Shown here: positions 45,034 to 56,749 of the stretch, in pieces
Layout: the number at the start of each line of letters is the position of its first letter
Position numbering within the stretch: the first letter of the stretch is position 1
NCBI GenBank assembly: GCA_000146045.2
Contig: BK006945.2
Coordinates: 704,001-768,000, forward strand
Source of the DNA: TPA_inf: Saccharomyces
Lineage: Eukaryota
Direction of reading: 5' to 3'
Length of the DNA: 64,000 bases
Translations under genes and position numbers: made by a program
The notes under the pieces: model-generated
Seen by the model: the letters and a program-made list of their open reading frames with translations, nothing else
Database searches by the model: none
Told to the model about the DNA's origin: nothing

Positions 45034-47769
45034 TTACTTCAGAGACATAACCAGTCTTTTTTCATCAGTACTGTCCAGTTGTAACAACATAGAAATTACA
45101 GGAAGTAATTGGTTCCGTTGTTCCTTGTGCTCCAAAAATCCCAACAAAACATTTTTTATATATGCAATTTTTTCATTTTTCTCAGAGTCTAACTCCAATG
45201 AACTTGATGATCGTATCTTCTCTAATTTAGTTGGATTAGAGTTATTCGCTGGTGAGGAATCAATATTCGCGTTAGCTAGAGTACCGATAGAACCAGACCT
45301 ACTAACTCTTCCTGACTTGTCACTGTATTGTCTTTCCTTTAAAGCATTCAATTGAGAGGACAATGAACGATAATTTTTTAGTAATCGATCAAATTTCTTG
45401 TTAAGTTCGTTATTTAAATTCAGAAGTTTCTCATTGGCAGACTGTAGCTCAAAATTCTTTTCATCAGCCTTAGACAATGAGAGTTTTAAATTAGATGTGA
45501 TCTGTTCCAACTGATCGGAATCATCTGAAGTGGCTTGAGTCTTCCTTTTGATGTCATTGTTAACATGTTTCAATGCGTCAACCTCTGATTTTAGTCCCTC
45601 TTCACGAAGCTTTAAAGCGTGTATTTCCGATTTCAGCTCAGTTACTGTATGCTTCCACTCTTGTAATTCAGTGGCCTTTCTGGATGTTTGTAAGTCTAAT
45701 TCTGCTTCCAATTTATTCTTTTCATCCGTTAAATAGGCCAATTTATTCTCCAACTCTTTTTGTTTGCTCGAATCATCTGTCTGACTGTCCGAAACTAACC
45801 TTCTCAATGTGTTAGCTTCTCTGGTTTTGTCTTGAACAATATTAGCATATTCATTTAGTTCATCTTCTAAAGATAAAATTTTTTTTGTAGATTCCTTCAA
45901 CTTGACATTTAGTTCCTCACATTGTCTTTTGATAGAATCTATGTGTTCATTCGAATTACTTTTTACATTTTGCAAGGTATTGTATTTTTCTTGCAAAATA
46001 TTCAATCTTTCCGATAATTTACCATTTTCTTTCAAATACTCCTCGTAGGAATTAGAATTCTTTGCGATATCATTATGCAGTGTCTCATTTTCCTTTTTTA
46101 ATAAGTCTAATCTGTTAGAAATTTTAGCATGATCTTTTCTCAGCTGTTCTGTGGATTTTTCAGCCACGTCCTTTTGCTCACTAAATTGTTTAACTTGTTC
46201 CTCCAAGTAACTCACAGTTTTTTCCTTTTGTTTATAAGAGGTTCTTAAAGAAGTAAGCTCCTTTGTTATGTTTGATTTTTCGTAGGTAAGTTGAGATATC
46301 TCCTCATTTAATTTGGCTACCTTGTTCTGCGATGTAGTCTGCTCTTTCTCCTTTTCTGTACATAAATTCTTCAGATGCTCTACTTTCTTGCTCAATAACT
46401 CTATCTTACTTCTCAACTCAGTATTTTTAGCTTCGTAGGCCTCGATCATCGTTGCATTTTTATGGCGTAAATCATCGAGCTCCAGCTTAACGGTTTTCAC
46501 TTCTTCATTTTGTTTACTCGAAGACTCTTTAATCTCATCTTTTGCGTCCACAAGCTCATTGCCTACAGTCCTCAGCATATCTCTCACCTCCTCTAGCTCC
46601 GAATTTTTTTCTTTCAATGACTTCTTGGTATCGATCAACTCGGTGTTAAGGGTTTCCAGCTCCTTTGCTGATTTTTCGAGCTGTGAGTTTTCCAATTCTT
46701 TAGCATCTTTTAGTTCTGCTTCTATATCTTCATACTTTTGCTTCCAATCTTCACAATCTTTATATTTTTCTTGTAATTCTTGCAAATTTTCTTTAAGCTT
46801 ATCATATTCTTCAGTATTGATTGAGTTATCGACCGTTTCCTCTTCACTGATATCACCCGTAGTTATGCCTCCCTTATTTTTCTTTCCCTTGTTTCTATTC
46901 TTTTTCCTTCTGTTATTGTTTCCTACATTTTGATGAGATATCGCCTTCGGTAACTCCTTCATTTTTTTTTCCAATTCACTCAGCTTGCGCTCTTTCTCTT
47001 TTAAAGTAATATTTAGTTCTGCCAACTCTGAGGACTTTTCCTCCATTATAGTACTTTTCGAAGACAAATTTTGCTCCAATTCGGTTATCTTCATTCGACT
47101 GTCCTCGAGAGAATGGTTCTTTATAGCCAATTCTTCCTTCAGTTCGGATATAGATACTTCTTCTTTCTGTTTTTTGGCCTCCCTTTCTTCCTTTAGTATA
47201 TTTTCCAGTGCAACTATTTTTTCTCTCAAACCTGAAACAGTATCATTTTTTTCTTTTTGTACAGTATCCAATTCTATGTTTAAAGCTTCCATTTTTTTTT
47301 TTAGATCGTCTATGTCATTTTTATAATTTTGCTCTTTTTTCAAAAATTCCTCTTCTTTATCCTTCAGAGTTTCACTAGAGGCGCTTTCTGGAATTTCCGA
47401 GTTCTGCTTAGTTAATCTCTTGATCTCATCATTCAATAGGTTATTTTTGTTGTTTAAATCCTGGAAAAAAGCTGGCAACGTATCCACTGCGTCGTCAATA
47501 TTAGATATGGGTGTATTTTCCGCTAAAATCTTTTCAACAGCCTCTAACTTCTCTGACTTTAATTTTTCATTTTTGTATGCGGAGAGTAGCAAAGGGTATT
47601 TTTGTTCATATTTCTCAAATTTTCTTAATTTAGCTTGTATTTCTTTTGGCAAGCCACTCTTATCATCTTCGATTTGTTGTTCTGACGGGGTAGGGCTCAT
47701 ATCATCGGCTAAGCCCTTCGCTAATTCATCGGTAAGATTCTTACCAATTTGTGACAGCTGTTTGAACAT
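45034..47769 (-). CDS. IMH1: Golgin: long coiled-coil protein with a C-terminal GRIP domain
   Basis: 911 aa, ATG start. Heptad-rich E/K/L sequence throughout. The C-terminal segment (EKIAYIKNVLLGFLEHKEQRNQLLPVISMLLQL) is GRIP-like. Confidence 0.93.
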   Translation of the reverse strand: MFKQLSQIGKNLTDELAKGLADDMSPTPSEQQIEDDKSGLPKEIQAKLRKFEKYEQKYPLLLSAYKNEKLKSEKLEAVEKILAENTPISNIDDAVDTLPAFFQDLNNKNNLLNDEIKRLTKQNSEIPESASSETLKDKEEEFLKKEQNYKNDIDDLKKKMEALNIELDTVQKEKNDTVSGLREKIVALENILKEEREAKKQKEEVSISELKEELAIKNHSLEDSRMKITELEQNLSSKSTIMEEKSSELAELNITLKEKERKLSELEKKMKELPKAISHQNVGNNNRRKKNRNKGKKNKGGITTGDISEEETVDNSINTEEYDKLKENLQELQEKYKDCEDWKQKYEDIEAELKDAKELENSQLEKSAKELETLNTELIDTKKSLKEKNSELEEVRDMLRTVGNELVDAKDEIKESSSKQNEEVKTVKLELDDLRHKNATMIEAYEAKNTELRSKIELLSKKVEHLKNLCTEKEKEQTTSQNKVAKLNEEISQLTYEKSNITKELTSLRTSYKQKEKTVSYLEEQVKQFSEQKDVAEKSTEQLRKDHAKISNRLDLLKKENETLHNDIAKNSNSYEEYLKENGKLSERLNILQEKYNTLQNVKSNSNEHIDSIKRQCEELNVKLKESTKKILSLEDELNEYANIVQDKTREANTLRRLVSDSQTDDSSKQKELENKLAYLTDEKNKLEAELDLQTSRKATELQEWKHTVTELKSEIHALKLREEGLKSEVDALKHVNNDIKRKTQATSDDSDQLEQITSNLKLSLSKADEKNFELQSANEKLLNLNNELNKKFDRLLKNYRSLSSQLNALKERQYSDKSGRVSRSGSIGTLANANIDSSPANNSNPTKLEKIRSSSSLELDSEKNEKIAYIKNVLLGFLEHKEQRNQLLPVISMLLQLDSTDEKRLVMSLK

Positions 47770-48223
47770 TGAATCAGCAAATGTTTCCCTAAGTTAAAAT
47801 CACCTCAAATGTAACTCCTGTTGCTTACTATTTGACGTTTCTGCTACATTTGGTTCTCTTATATTGCTGGATCTGAAAATCCGAACTATGAGAATGCGGG
47901 TAATAGCTTTTCATAGAATCACTAATTGATATTTTTTCAGGTAATAAGTTTCCTCTAATCGGGCATTTAAAATCTTGGATCGATAACTTAACTGGGTGTA
48001 ATAAAATATATAAAGATATAAAATAGATATATATATATAAAACGAACTTTATCAAGAAGAACTGCAAATGAAGCGTACTCTCAAATCCTCGAAAACGAAA
48101 AACACTCCACCAGTACAGTATTATCACGAAGAATATTAAGTAAAAGCAGCCATCTTAAATAATAGAGTGTAGCAATCAAACATAAAGCTAAGGTTCTTCT
48201 TGATTAGCAAATTGTATAAACTT

Positions 48224-51200
48224 TTATCGAAATAACCTAGAAGGAGGTTTTTTCTTACCTAGCTTCAAAAAATTGCCATTTTTATCATCTGTAAATTCAC
48301 TTAGGAATTTTGCAGTTTTTGTACCGCTAGCAGAAGAAGCATGCGTACTGCCTTTGGTGTTTCCTGATCTCGGTTCCACTTGCAGTGATAATTGATACTG
48401 CTTTTCAATGTGGGGGACATTTTCCAAAGACGCTTCTATAACGGTCTGAATATCATCCAATCGTTTCAGCTTGTAATGGAATCTTTTAAAGCTTATAATT
48501 TCCTCCACTATATTTGCGATTTTAGTCCTCTTGCTGAAGTTTATTATGTTGGTTGAATTGTGAAGAAAATCTGGGTTTCCGACAAACGTAAATGTTAAAT
48601 CAGATAGGTATACACCAAAAAAGGGAACACATGCAACGTCCGTCACGGATCGCAACAGCTCTCTATACTTCACAAAATTTCTCTTGGAATCCATAAGGTT
48701 GTTTAGGTTCTTCAGAAGGTCCTTCGACTCAGTGGAAACTAAATCCCATGTCTTTTTCAGTCGGTAGATTGGGGAGGAATACAAAGCGGACACTATGGCA
48801 GTCATTGAAGAAAAATTATTCAACTCTTTACAATGCTGGGCAACGGTAACAAAATATTGCGTTAATTTTGAACGTGTCTTGACATCTGCCTGTTTTACAA
48901 TGGTATGAGAAACAAAATTAGTTAGCGTATTAGCATTAGCTATAAATTTCGTAATGTTCGGAGAACCACCCATATTACAATACTTGGTACCCCATGCCCT
49001 ATCCAAGCATTCAAACATAGTGATCCTGAGGTATAAGTCATGTTCAAGTACAGTCAATTGTGTGGCATATGTGTATGGGTCAATATCCAAGAGCTTCAAT
49101 TTCTTCAATCTAAAAAACGCTGAAGAAGCAGAAGATGGTAAAGAAGACGAAGACATGTGTATCGGTGATTTATTGTCACGTTTAGTTGTCTGTACGACTG
49201 CCGATACCGAATCTTGTTGCTTAGGATCCACTGGTTCTTTCTCATTCTCATTTATCAGTTTTTCATTTATCTTTTGCAAAAGATCCTCTGCCCCCGGTAT
49301 TTTCTCCGATACAACCATCTTGGCAAAATTTAGAATCAGTGGTATGCCAGGTTCATAATAATTTCTTGTCCAATACTGCGTCAAAAATGTTCTCATAATG
49401 TTGACCACACGGCATTTAATCGGGTTTGACTTTTTTTCTATCCAAATATTGTAATCATCGTAACTCAGCCCTTCAGGAGGATACAAGTTGTACCTGTAAA
49501 TCAGGGCATAAAAAAACTCTCTTGTGGTTAATATACTTCTGAAAGTTATTAACATTGTAACATTGAAAGCCGCATCAACAAGTTCATGACTGGTTAAATG
49601 TTCAATCAGTGCCTCTTTTGTCCCGCCACGAATTTTTCCTCTTGAGTCATAGACAAGACTAGTTTCATAATCTGAAGTTAAAAACCATGGAAGGTTTTTC
49701 TCTATGTTCGCAGCTTTGCGTTCAATATAGTCCTCAGATCCTAATTCGTCATCGATGATAGCTTCATCATTTTCTGAATCGTCATCACTATAGTCCTCGG
49801 AATAAATATCAAACCATTTTTCTTGCTCACCTTTCAATAGTTCTGCAGTCAAATTATTCTTCATCATTCTTGCTGCGTAGTTCAGCAAATTTTCTCTTTC
49901 TTCAATCAATTGATCAACAATAATACACGCAAGATTAGAAATCTCGACATACTTTTCACAAGCATCTTTAAAATCGTCGGAGTTGTTTAAAAATTCAAGG
50001 TTATTGAACTCCACATCTTGACTCACCAATACGTGAAATAAGGAGAGTGCCAATTGTTCATTTTTTTTATGGAAGGGGCCCTTGACCAAAGGTGTATTAG
50101 AGATATTCTTGAAAGGTTCATGATGTCCGACAGGGAAATTGGACCTCATTGAGGAAAACAAATACGGGTCGTCTAAGGTCGTTTGTTGCGTTGTCATTAT
50201 TAATCTGATGACGATGTCATGAAAAGCCTGCTTTATATCAAAAAACTCTGTTAGTACTGAGGAGACCGAAGACATGGCGTGAACTAAAAATTCCTCGCTT
50301 TCCAAATCCAACAAAATACTGGGTGTCTTAATCAGGTTTTTCAAATTGATGAAAATTGACAGATCTAAATTCTCCAGTATCTCCAATAGTAAAACATTCT
50401 GATTTATTTGTTCGTATGTGCTTGAATTTATTTCCAAATTCCTAATTCTGCTTTTGGGTTTACTTATAATTTTTAAGTGTTCACCTGTAGCATTATTTAA
50501 TTTTTCAAAAATTTGCGAGGATTTCTTCTTCATTGTATTCAAAGTGTCTACAGTTAATGGATATTTTTTCTTCCTTTTTGAAACTCTTGCTCTTGAAAAG
50601 GTTCTGTTATGAGAAGGACGGTTGAAAGGTGTAAAAACTGAACCAGACGCGGCACTGCTTGCTTTTAAATCAATTTGGGAATTTGTTTCTGAATTAGCGC
50701 TATATCCTGACGCAGAGGCAATAGCATCTGCCATCTTTGGTGGAATCCTTGATATTGAGGAATTTTTGGACGACGAAGCGGTCACTTCATTAGATGTGAC
50801 AGCTTTGTTCTTTGTCGCATTACCAAATTCATCCGTAATAAAAGTCGAAAATGGATTTGTCCAAGAACCACCGCTAAATGAACCTTTAAAAAATCTTGGG
50901 AGCAACTGTGGTAAAGTATTATCATCTGAGAAGACTGAGCTCTGTAACACAAAATAAAGTAACTGAACATGCCTTAAAAATTTCGAGAATTCCACATCAA
51001 CCATTTCGTAAATCGATTTAGCTGACTTAAAATTTTTGTTGGACGGTGAAAAATCTTCCAAAGTAGAATTTTGTATTGAAGTCCTTGGTGTTACGACAGA
51101 ATTAACACTATTTCTTGGACCTAAGACTGAGAAATTTTCCATATCGTTCTCATTGACTGTACTGAATGATGATCTCATTGGAGTCAATGTATCCGTTGTA

Positions 51201-52993
51201 CTGGTACTTACATTACGTTTACCGGACAATGGAACTGAAACTAGATCATGTACACTATCTACTTCAATTTTACCATCATCCCCTTCCGTCCTAGAACAAT
51301 TATTTTCCTGATTATCGTTATCCTTGTCATTCATAGTATCCATTTTTTTTCTGTGAAAAGCTGAATCGAAATATAAATGAGAATTGATACTTATCCTTGA
51401 CAATGAAGAGATTAGACCTTTGAAAATCTTCTTAATCTCCTTGCTGCAACTTTTGGCTTTAATTTCATGTTGCATTAGCCTGCAGCCTAACTGTGTGAAG
51501 ACTATTGAATCTGATATCAAATCAAAGTATTTCGTGAAATTGAGACGATTCTCTTTAAGGAACATCTTGTGAGCCGTTTTAGTATAATAAACTGTTAGGT
51601 CTTGTAATTCTGTCCACAATTTTATATCTCTTGAATAGTGATAAAAGATGTCACTCTTGGCCAGTATAGAAGAGCGACTTGGGGCAACTACCCTTGATTG
51701 AATATTCTGCGTTAAATCTGGAGCAGATAAAGAATTTAATGATGAAGGACCAGCCTCATTGAATTCGTTTTTGTTATTTTCGTTATTATTATCATCATCA
51801 TTAATACTGTTATTATTTCCATCAGTTTCTTTTGAATCCTGTTTTTCCATTAGAAGGCTTGATCTATTTTGTTCACTTTCCGATTGCTTCGATCTCGTAG
51901 AACTGTCCTCAATATTCGCATTTTTCCTCAGATCTCTAGTATATAGGTTAACAAGATGATCATTGGGCGGGAATTTTGGTTCGCTGTCACAAATGTCATC
52001 GGATTCCATAATTGAGTTAGAAATCAAGGGTAATTCTGAACAGTATATATCAAGGTCTTTGTTATAGTATACCAACTTGTAATCGGATGTTTTCGTTATC
52101 AGTGGTATGGGGGACCAAGTCGAAGCAATGTTCGAACGTATACCATTAATAATCATTTCTATCTCTTCCAACGGTAATATCTTAATTGTTTCTTCTGCTA
52201 CTAGTGGGGGACCTGCTTTCTCACCAGAAGTTTGTAAATTTGTTTCATTGTTATTCATAATTGCGTTTGTATTCATCTCAGATGAGCCATCTGCACTCTT
52301 TGTCATATCCTGGGATAGACTAGCATTGGAATTAAAGTTCGAAGATTGAGGGGTTATGTGGGAAGCATCGTTTGGCGCTGAAAAGGGAGAATTATTCATC
52401 GATACGGTGTTATTGTGGCCGGAACTTGTTTCTGCATTGTGGGCATTTGATAAAGACGCTGATAAAGTAGAACTCCCCCTCCTGCTCTTGCTCGGATTTC
52501 TAGGCACATGTAAATATGCACTATTGCCCAAGCTATTTAAGCTGCTGCGCCTTGAGCTCTTACTGGAACTATATTTTTTCATCGGATGACTGTGCTTTCT
52601 GAGATGACTGTCTCTTAAAGGTCTACCGAAGTTTTGAGGAAACCAGCCTCTGTTAACTTTCCCATTACTGTCGTCAATAACTAATCCATCCCACCACCCA
52701 GATGAGTTTTTGTTAAGTATATAAATGGTTTCCCCTTGTTGTACAGACAAAAGTTGCGAAGAACTGTCTTTTTTAATGGGATAATTAAAGTCATAAGCAG
52801 CGACTACTATTCCAATTGGACGAATGCTGGTCAACTCACTTGTCGAGGGGGAAGAAGAAAGAGAAGCTGAGGATGATTCTGTGTTAGTGGTAGTGGAAGT
52901 GTTAGATGAAGAGCTGATCGATGGAGTTTGTGAAGCATTGCCTGCCTCCCTTGCAGAACTTGTATTGGGAATAGACGTGTTAGTATCGGACAT
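48224..52993 (-). CDS. CDC25: Ras guanine-nucleotide exchange factor (SH3, REM and Cdc25-homology RasGEF domains)
   Basis: 1589 aa from the ATG at 52993 (MSDTNTSIPNTSSAREAG...). The track adds 5 non-ATG codons. N-terminal SH3 (IVVAAYDFNYP...GWWDGLV) and a C-terminal RasGEF domain. Confidence 0.96.
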   Translation of the reverse strand: MSDTNTSIPNTSSAREAGNASQTPSISSSSNTSTTTNTESSSASLSSSPSTSELTSIRPIGIVVAAYDFNYPIKKDSSSQLLSVQQGETIYILNKNSSGWWDGLVIDDSNGKVNRGWFPQNFGRPLRDSHLRKHSHPMKKYSSSKSSRRSSLNSLGNSAYLHVPRNPSKSRRGSSTLSASLSNAHNAETSSGHNNTVSMNNSPFSAPNDASHITPQSSNFNSNASLSQDMTKSADGSSEMNTNAIMNNNETNLQTSGEKAGPPLVAEETIKILPLEEIEMIINGIRSNIASTWSPIPLITKTSDYKLVYYNKDLDIYCSELPLISNSIMESDDICDSEPKFPPNDHLVNLYTRDLRKNANIEDSSTRSKQSESEQNRSSLLMEKQDSKETDGNNNSINDDDNNNENNKNEFNEAGPSSLNSLSAPDLTQNIQSRVVAPSRSSILAKSDIFYHYSRDIKLWTELQDLTVYYTKTAHKMFLKENRLNFTKYFDLISDSIVFTQLGCRLMQHEIKAKSCSKEIKKIFKGLISSLSRISINSHLYFDSAFHRKKMDTMNDKDNDNQENNCSRTEGDDGKIEVDSVHDLVSVPLSGKRNVSTSTTDTLTPMRSSFSTVNENDMENFSVLGPRNSVNSVVTPRTSIQNSTLEDFSPSNKNFKSAKSIYEMVDVEFSKFLRHVQLLYFVLQSSVFSDDNTLPQLLPRFFKGSFSGGSWTNPFSTFITDEFGNATKNKAVTSNEVTASSSKNSSISRIPPKMADAIASASGYSANSETNSQIDLKASSAASGSVFTPFNRPSHNRTFSRARVSKRKKKYPLTVDTLNTMKKKSSQIFEKLNNATGEHLKIISKPKSRIRNLEINSSTYEQINQNVLLLEILENLDLSIFINLKNLIKTPSILLDLESEEFLVHAMSSVSSVLTEFFDIKQAFHDIVIRLIMTTQQTTLDDPYLFSSMRSNFPVGHHEPFKNISNTPLVKGPFHKKNEQLALSLFHVLVSQDVEFNNLEFLNNSDDFKDACEKYVEISNLACIIVDQLIEERENLLNYAARMMKNNLTAELLKGEQEKWFDIYSEDYSDDDSENDEAIIDDELGSEDYIERKAANIEKNLPWFLTSDYETSLVYDSRGKIRGGTKEALIEHLTSHELVDAAFNVTMLITFRSILTTREFFYALIYRYNLYPPEGLSYDDYNIWIEKKSNPIKCRVVNIMRTFLTQYWTRNYYEPGIPLILNFAKMVVSEKIPGAEDLLQKINEKLINENEKEPVDPKQQDSVSAVVQTTKRDNKSPIHMSSSSLPSSASSAFFRLKKLKLLDIDPYTYATQLTVLEHDLYLRITMFECLDRAWGTKYCNMGGSPNITKFIANANTLTNFVSHTIVKQADVKTRSKLTQYFVTVAQHCKELNNFSSMTAIVSALYSSPIYRLKKTWDLVSTESKDLLKNLNNLMDSKRNFVKYRELLRSVTDVACVPFFGVYLSDLTFTFVGNPDFLHNSTNIINFSKRTKIANIVEEIISFKRFHYKLKRLDDIQTVIEASLENVPHIEKQYQLSLQVEPRSGNTKGSTHASSASGTKTAKFLSEFTDDKNGNFLKLGKKKPPSRLFR

Positions 52994-53264
52994 GATACAA
53001 CTATCCAATATCCACCTTGCTTTTTCGTTTTATTTTTTAGTATTTATTCGAAGAAAAATGTGGCTCTTTTTATTCAATTTCTTTCCGAAAAAGAAACAGT
53101 CTATCTAACTAAAGGAATTGCTTCACGGTGATCAAGTCACTATAACTGTCTCCGCCGTGTTGGTGATGCAGTTTTCTCTGTAACTTTTGAGCTTATTTTT
53201 CTATTTTATTTTTTCCTCCAGGTCTCTGTCAAAGATCCGTCTCCCGCGATGTTTAAAAGTCGTT

Positions 53265-53612
53265 TTAGCGAATTACATAATAACCTGGAGGTGACTGACG
53301 TCGACTATTTTCTGCCCCATAAAGCAACAAAATATTTAACTCATAAAAGCTTCGAAGAATATGTAAATATAGTAGTATGAATCTAACTGAGTAAAAAAAG
53401 GGAATAACAAAACAAAAAAAAAGGAAAAGAGATGGATAGCATACGTTATGAAAGTAATAAAACCTTAGAGATAGAGATAGAGAGAGAGAGAGAGAGAGAT
53501 GCACCTTTTCTATTCTCAATAAAAAAAGGAAAGTAAGTGTAAAAAAATTTAAAGGAGGGATATATGACACTCCTACTAAGCAGTCGTTTTTTTTTTCTTT
53601 TGTTAATTTCAT
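53265..53612 (-). CDS. YLR311C: Dubious ORF spanning a GA microsatellite
   Basis: 115-aa ORF whose translation (SLSLSLSLSLR) simply reads through the (GA)n repeat. Probably not coding. Confidence 0.2.
   Translation of the reverse strand: MKLTKEKKNDCLVGVSYIPPLNFFTLTFLFLLRIEKVHLSLSLSLSLSLRFYYFHNVCYPSLFLFFCFVIPFFYSVRFILLYLHILRSFYELNILLLYGAENSRRQSPPGYYVIR
53467..53499. repeat. (GA)n / (GATA)-like microsatellite (agagatagagatagagagagagagagagagag)
   Basis: Direct inspection. Confidence 0.9.
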
Positions 53613-53636
53613 TCTTCATGCTGGGTTTTGGATGAT

Positions 53637-54833
53637 CTAGTGTTTGCACTTAAAATAATTTTTTTTCCTGCATTCTGACATCGCTTTATACATCCTCGAA
53701 TGCTGTAATTTCAATCCGAACCGTTTCAGCTGCTTTACAAACCAGTTGGTATCTTTGCGAACCTTAAACTGAAAAACTCGGAATGGTTTCATTGACTTGA
53801 AACGAAGCTTGCGCAACTGCAATCTGGATCCCGACCAACATTGTTTTGCTTTTTGGCAAGAATGATCGAAATACCTTTTAATATGTGGAGAAAATTGCCT
53901 GTATTTATTATGAAGTAGCACAAAGAGCCTTTTCCAGCGGCGTTTCTGTTCTTTATGCAATACCCTTAAACTTTCTTGAGCGGATTTAAAAGAATTCTTG
54001 AGAAATAGGTGTAACTTTATTCTTCCTCCGTTTATTTTGTTAATTCTCTTGTGCCAACCGTCTTTCATTCGAGCTTTTGTTGTATACCATAAAATAACTA
54101 AGTCTGTTTTGTATCGTCTCCAGCCCATTAGGTCATCATCCTTTAATGGGTATGCAATATGATTGTCGAAGTCGACGTAGTATTTTCCTGAAGGAGCCCA
54201 CTGACTTAAAGAGTCACTTGATGAATCGTAAGATTTTTTATCAACAAAATCGATATTGCCGTACAACAGCTTCCTTTCATTATTACGTAATGACTGTTGT
54301 GATTTAAAACCTGCCAACACATCACCAGTCAGGGAATATTCGAGGGCGAGGTATGAAAAGGTCATGGAAAGCAATGAAGATAGCATGATAACATGCCACA
54401 TCTTCAATTTAGCAGATTTACCCTCACTTTTATCTATGATATGATCCGATAGTGTGCTAGAATTCCTTATCGTACTATCCTTCAGTTTCGACCCCTCCAT
54501 ACTTGGCAATACCGTTCCGCCAACATTTGAGCCGGACAAAGTATCAAATGACTCTGAAATAGTGGGAACTCCAGTTTGATCAATATTAACTCCAGCATTA
54601 CTAAATTCATTAGATGTTCTAAAATCGTAAATACGATTCATCTGTGCAGACTCTTCACTGCTAGTGTTCGATAGGACATCTGCATCGAAGTCCTCGTCGT
54701 CCTCTCCTGCAAAGGAGCTTTCATGCAAACTATCCAAAGATATTTCTGACTTCGATGACTGTTCTTCCCCTTCTCTCCCTTTACGTAATCTACGTAATCT
54801 AACTAAATTCCAATGATCGTCTTCTTCTGACAT
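53637..54833 (-). CDS. ATG39: Perinuclear-ER membrane protein; nucleophagy receptor
   Basis: 398 aa, ATG start (MSEEDDHWNLVRLRRLRKGREGEEQ). Central TM helix (VIMLSSLLSMTFSYLALEY) and a basic, amphipathic C-terminal region. Confidence 0.85.
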   Translation of the reverse strand: MSEEDDHWNLVRLRRLRKGREGEEQSSKSEISLDSLHESSFAGEDDEDFDADVLSNTSSEESAQMNRIYDFRTSNEFSNAGVNIDQTGVPTISESFDTLSGSNVGGTVLPSMEGSKLKDSTIRNSSTLSDHIIDKSEGKSAKLKMWHVIMLSSLLSMTFSYLALEYSLTGDVLAGFKSQQSLRNNERKLLYGNIDFVDKKSYDSSSDSLSQWAPSGKYYVDFDNHIAYPLKDDDLMGWRRYKTDLVILWYTTKARMKDGWHKRINKINGGRIKLHLFLKNSFKSAQESLRVLHKEQKRRWKRLFVLLHNKYRQFSPHIKRYFDHSCQKAKQCWSGSRLQLRKLRFKSMKPFRVFQFKVRKDTNWFVKQLKRFGLKLQHSRMYKAMSECRKKNYFKCKH

Positions 54834-55458
54834 TTTAGGTCCGACAACTCGACTGTTTTACTAGTCTCTATTATCGTCACTGCGTATTACTCTGCTACTG
54901 TGCTTGTTACTTTATACCGGAACAGTAGCTCCTAAACGATTATTCCAAATGAAGAAAAACGTTTGGCCAGTAACCTGCATAAAACTGAATAACTATAATG
55001 ATACTCCGACTAATAATATATCCCAATGCCCCATCTCATCTGTGTAGATCAATTTTTATGGCTCGATCCAGGTACCTTGATAAGCAGCTGTCGCGCAAAG
55101 GGGTTACCGCAAAATGGATAGATGGACCGGGGGCACACCGGGGTAGGGGGTCCGGAGGGTTAACTGTCAACTCCACCCATACAAGACCGCGCAGAAATCG
55201 TCGCAGGACCCCGCCGAACGGCGAAAGCAAATATGCAGCCGTAAAGACCTAACAATAAACCTAATGTAGTCATAGGGCTAATTGATTTTAAATATATGAC
55301 CTAGCTGACTATTCAAGTTTGCCCTAATTGATGAGTTTTTGAAAAAAAAAACAACTTAGGTTTCGCTATCCAAGCTTATGCTATGGGAAGCGTTGGAAAA
55401 CTTGCATATAGTATGAACAAGAGCGAGATATAAAACTATAACGGTAGATGGAAAGTAA

Positions 55459-56241
<783 letters not shown>

Positions 56242-56749
56242 AGATACAAAAAATATAGTTGATGGTTCACTGGCCAAAAATGTATAAAAGAAAAATTTAT
56301 CTGTAAATAGTGATCGAAATAAAATAAGATAATAACTAAAGAATATATATGACTTTACTGTACAGATCTATAATTGAAAAATGACGAGAGGTCCTGTGAA
56401 AGAGTCTGCCTGTTCGCCATCTTCACACATTCAACCAATTCCCTGGTGCGCTTGGTTACTTCCATCAGGATATCTGCTAATTTTTGATAGAATCGTTTCT
56501 TCCCAAGCTTTGTGGAATCGCATCCATAAGTACACAATTCCGATAACTTTTGCGAGCAATCTGTGAGCCTTTCAATAATTTCTTTACAGTGCTCGCCTAA
56601 ATCCAGTTTAAAACTTTTTTGGACCATTGCTTTGGTAGTCATATCAATCACCGATTCCAAAATAGGAATAATCTCGATGGAATTTTGACATAATCTCGAA
56701 ACTGATCTTGCGGACTTGAACAATTTTGATTTAGAGGCTTGAACATCAT

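Noticed and set aside
45125-53108. Numerous 60-134-aa antisense or alternative-frame ORFs inside IMH1 and CDC25 (for example 46559-46933, 46985-47326, 48954-49358, 50622-50957)
   Set aside because: Low-complexity S/F/L-rich translations typical of the reverse strand of long AT-rich yeast genes; they sit wholly within well-supported CDSs.
53461-53500. Short spaced GA/GATA repeats considered as a possible CRISPR-like array
   Set aside because: This is a eukaryotic nuclear chromosome. The repeat is a simple microsatellite with no repeat-spacer organisation, and no CRISPR arrays exist anywhere in the window.
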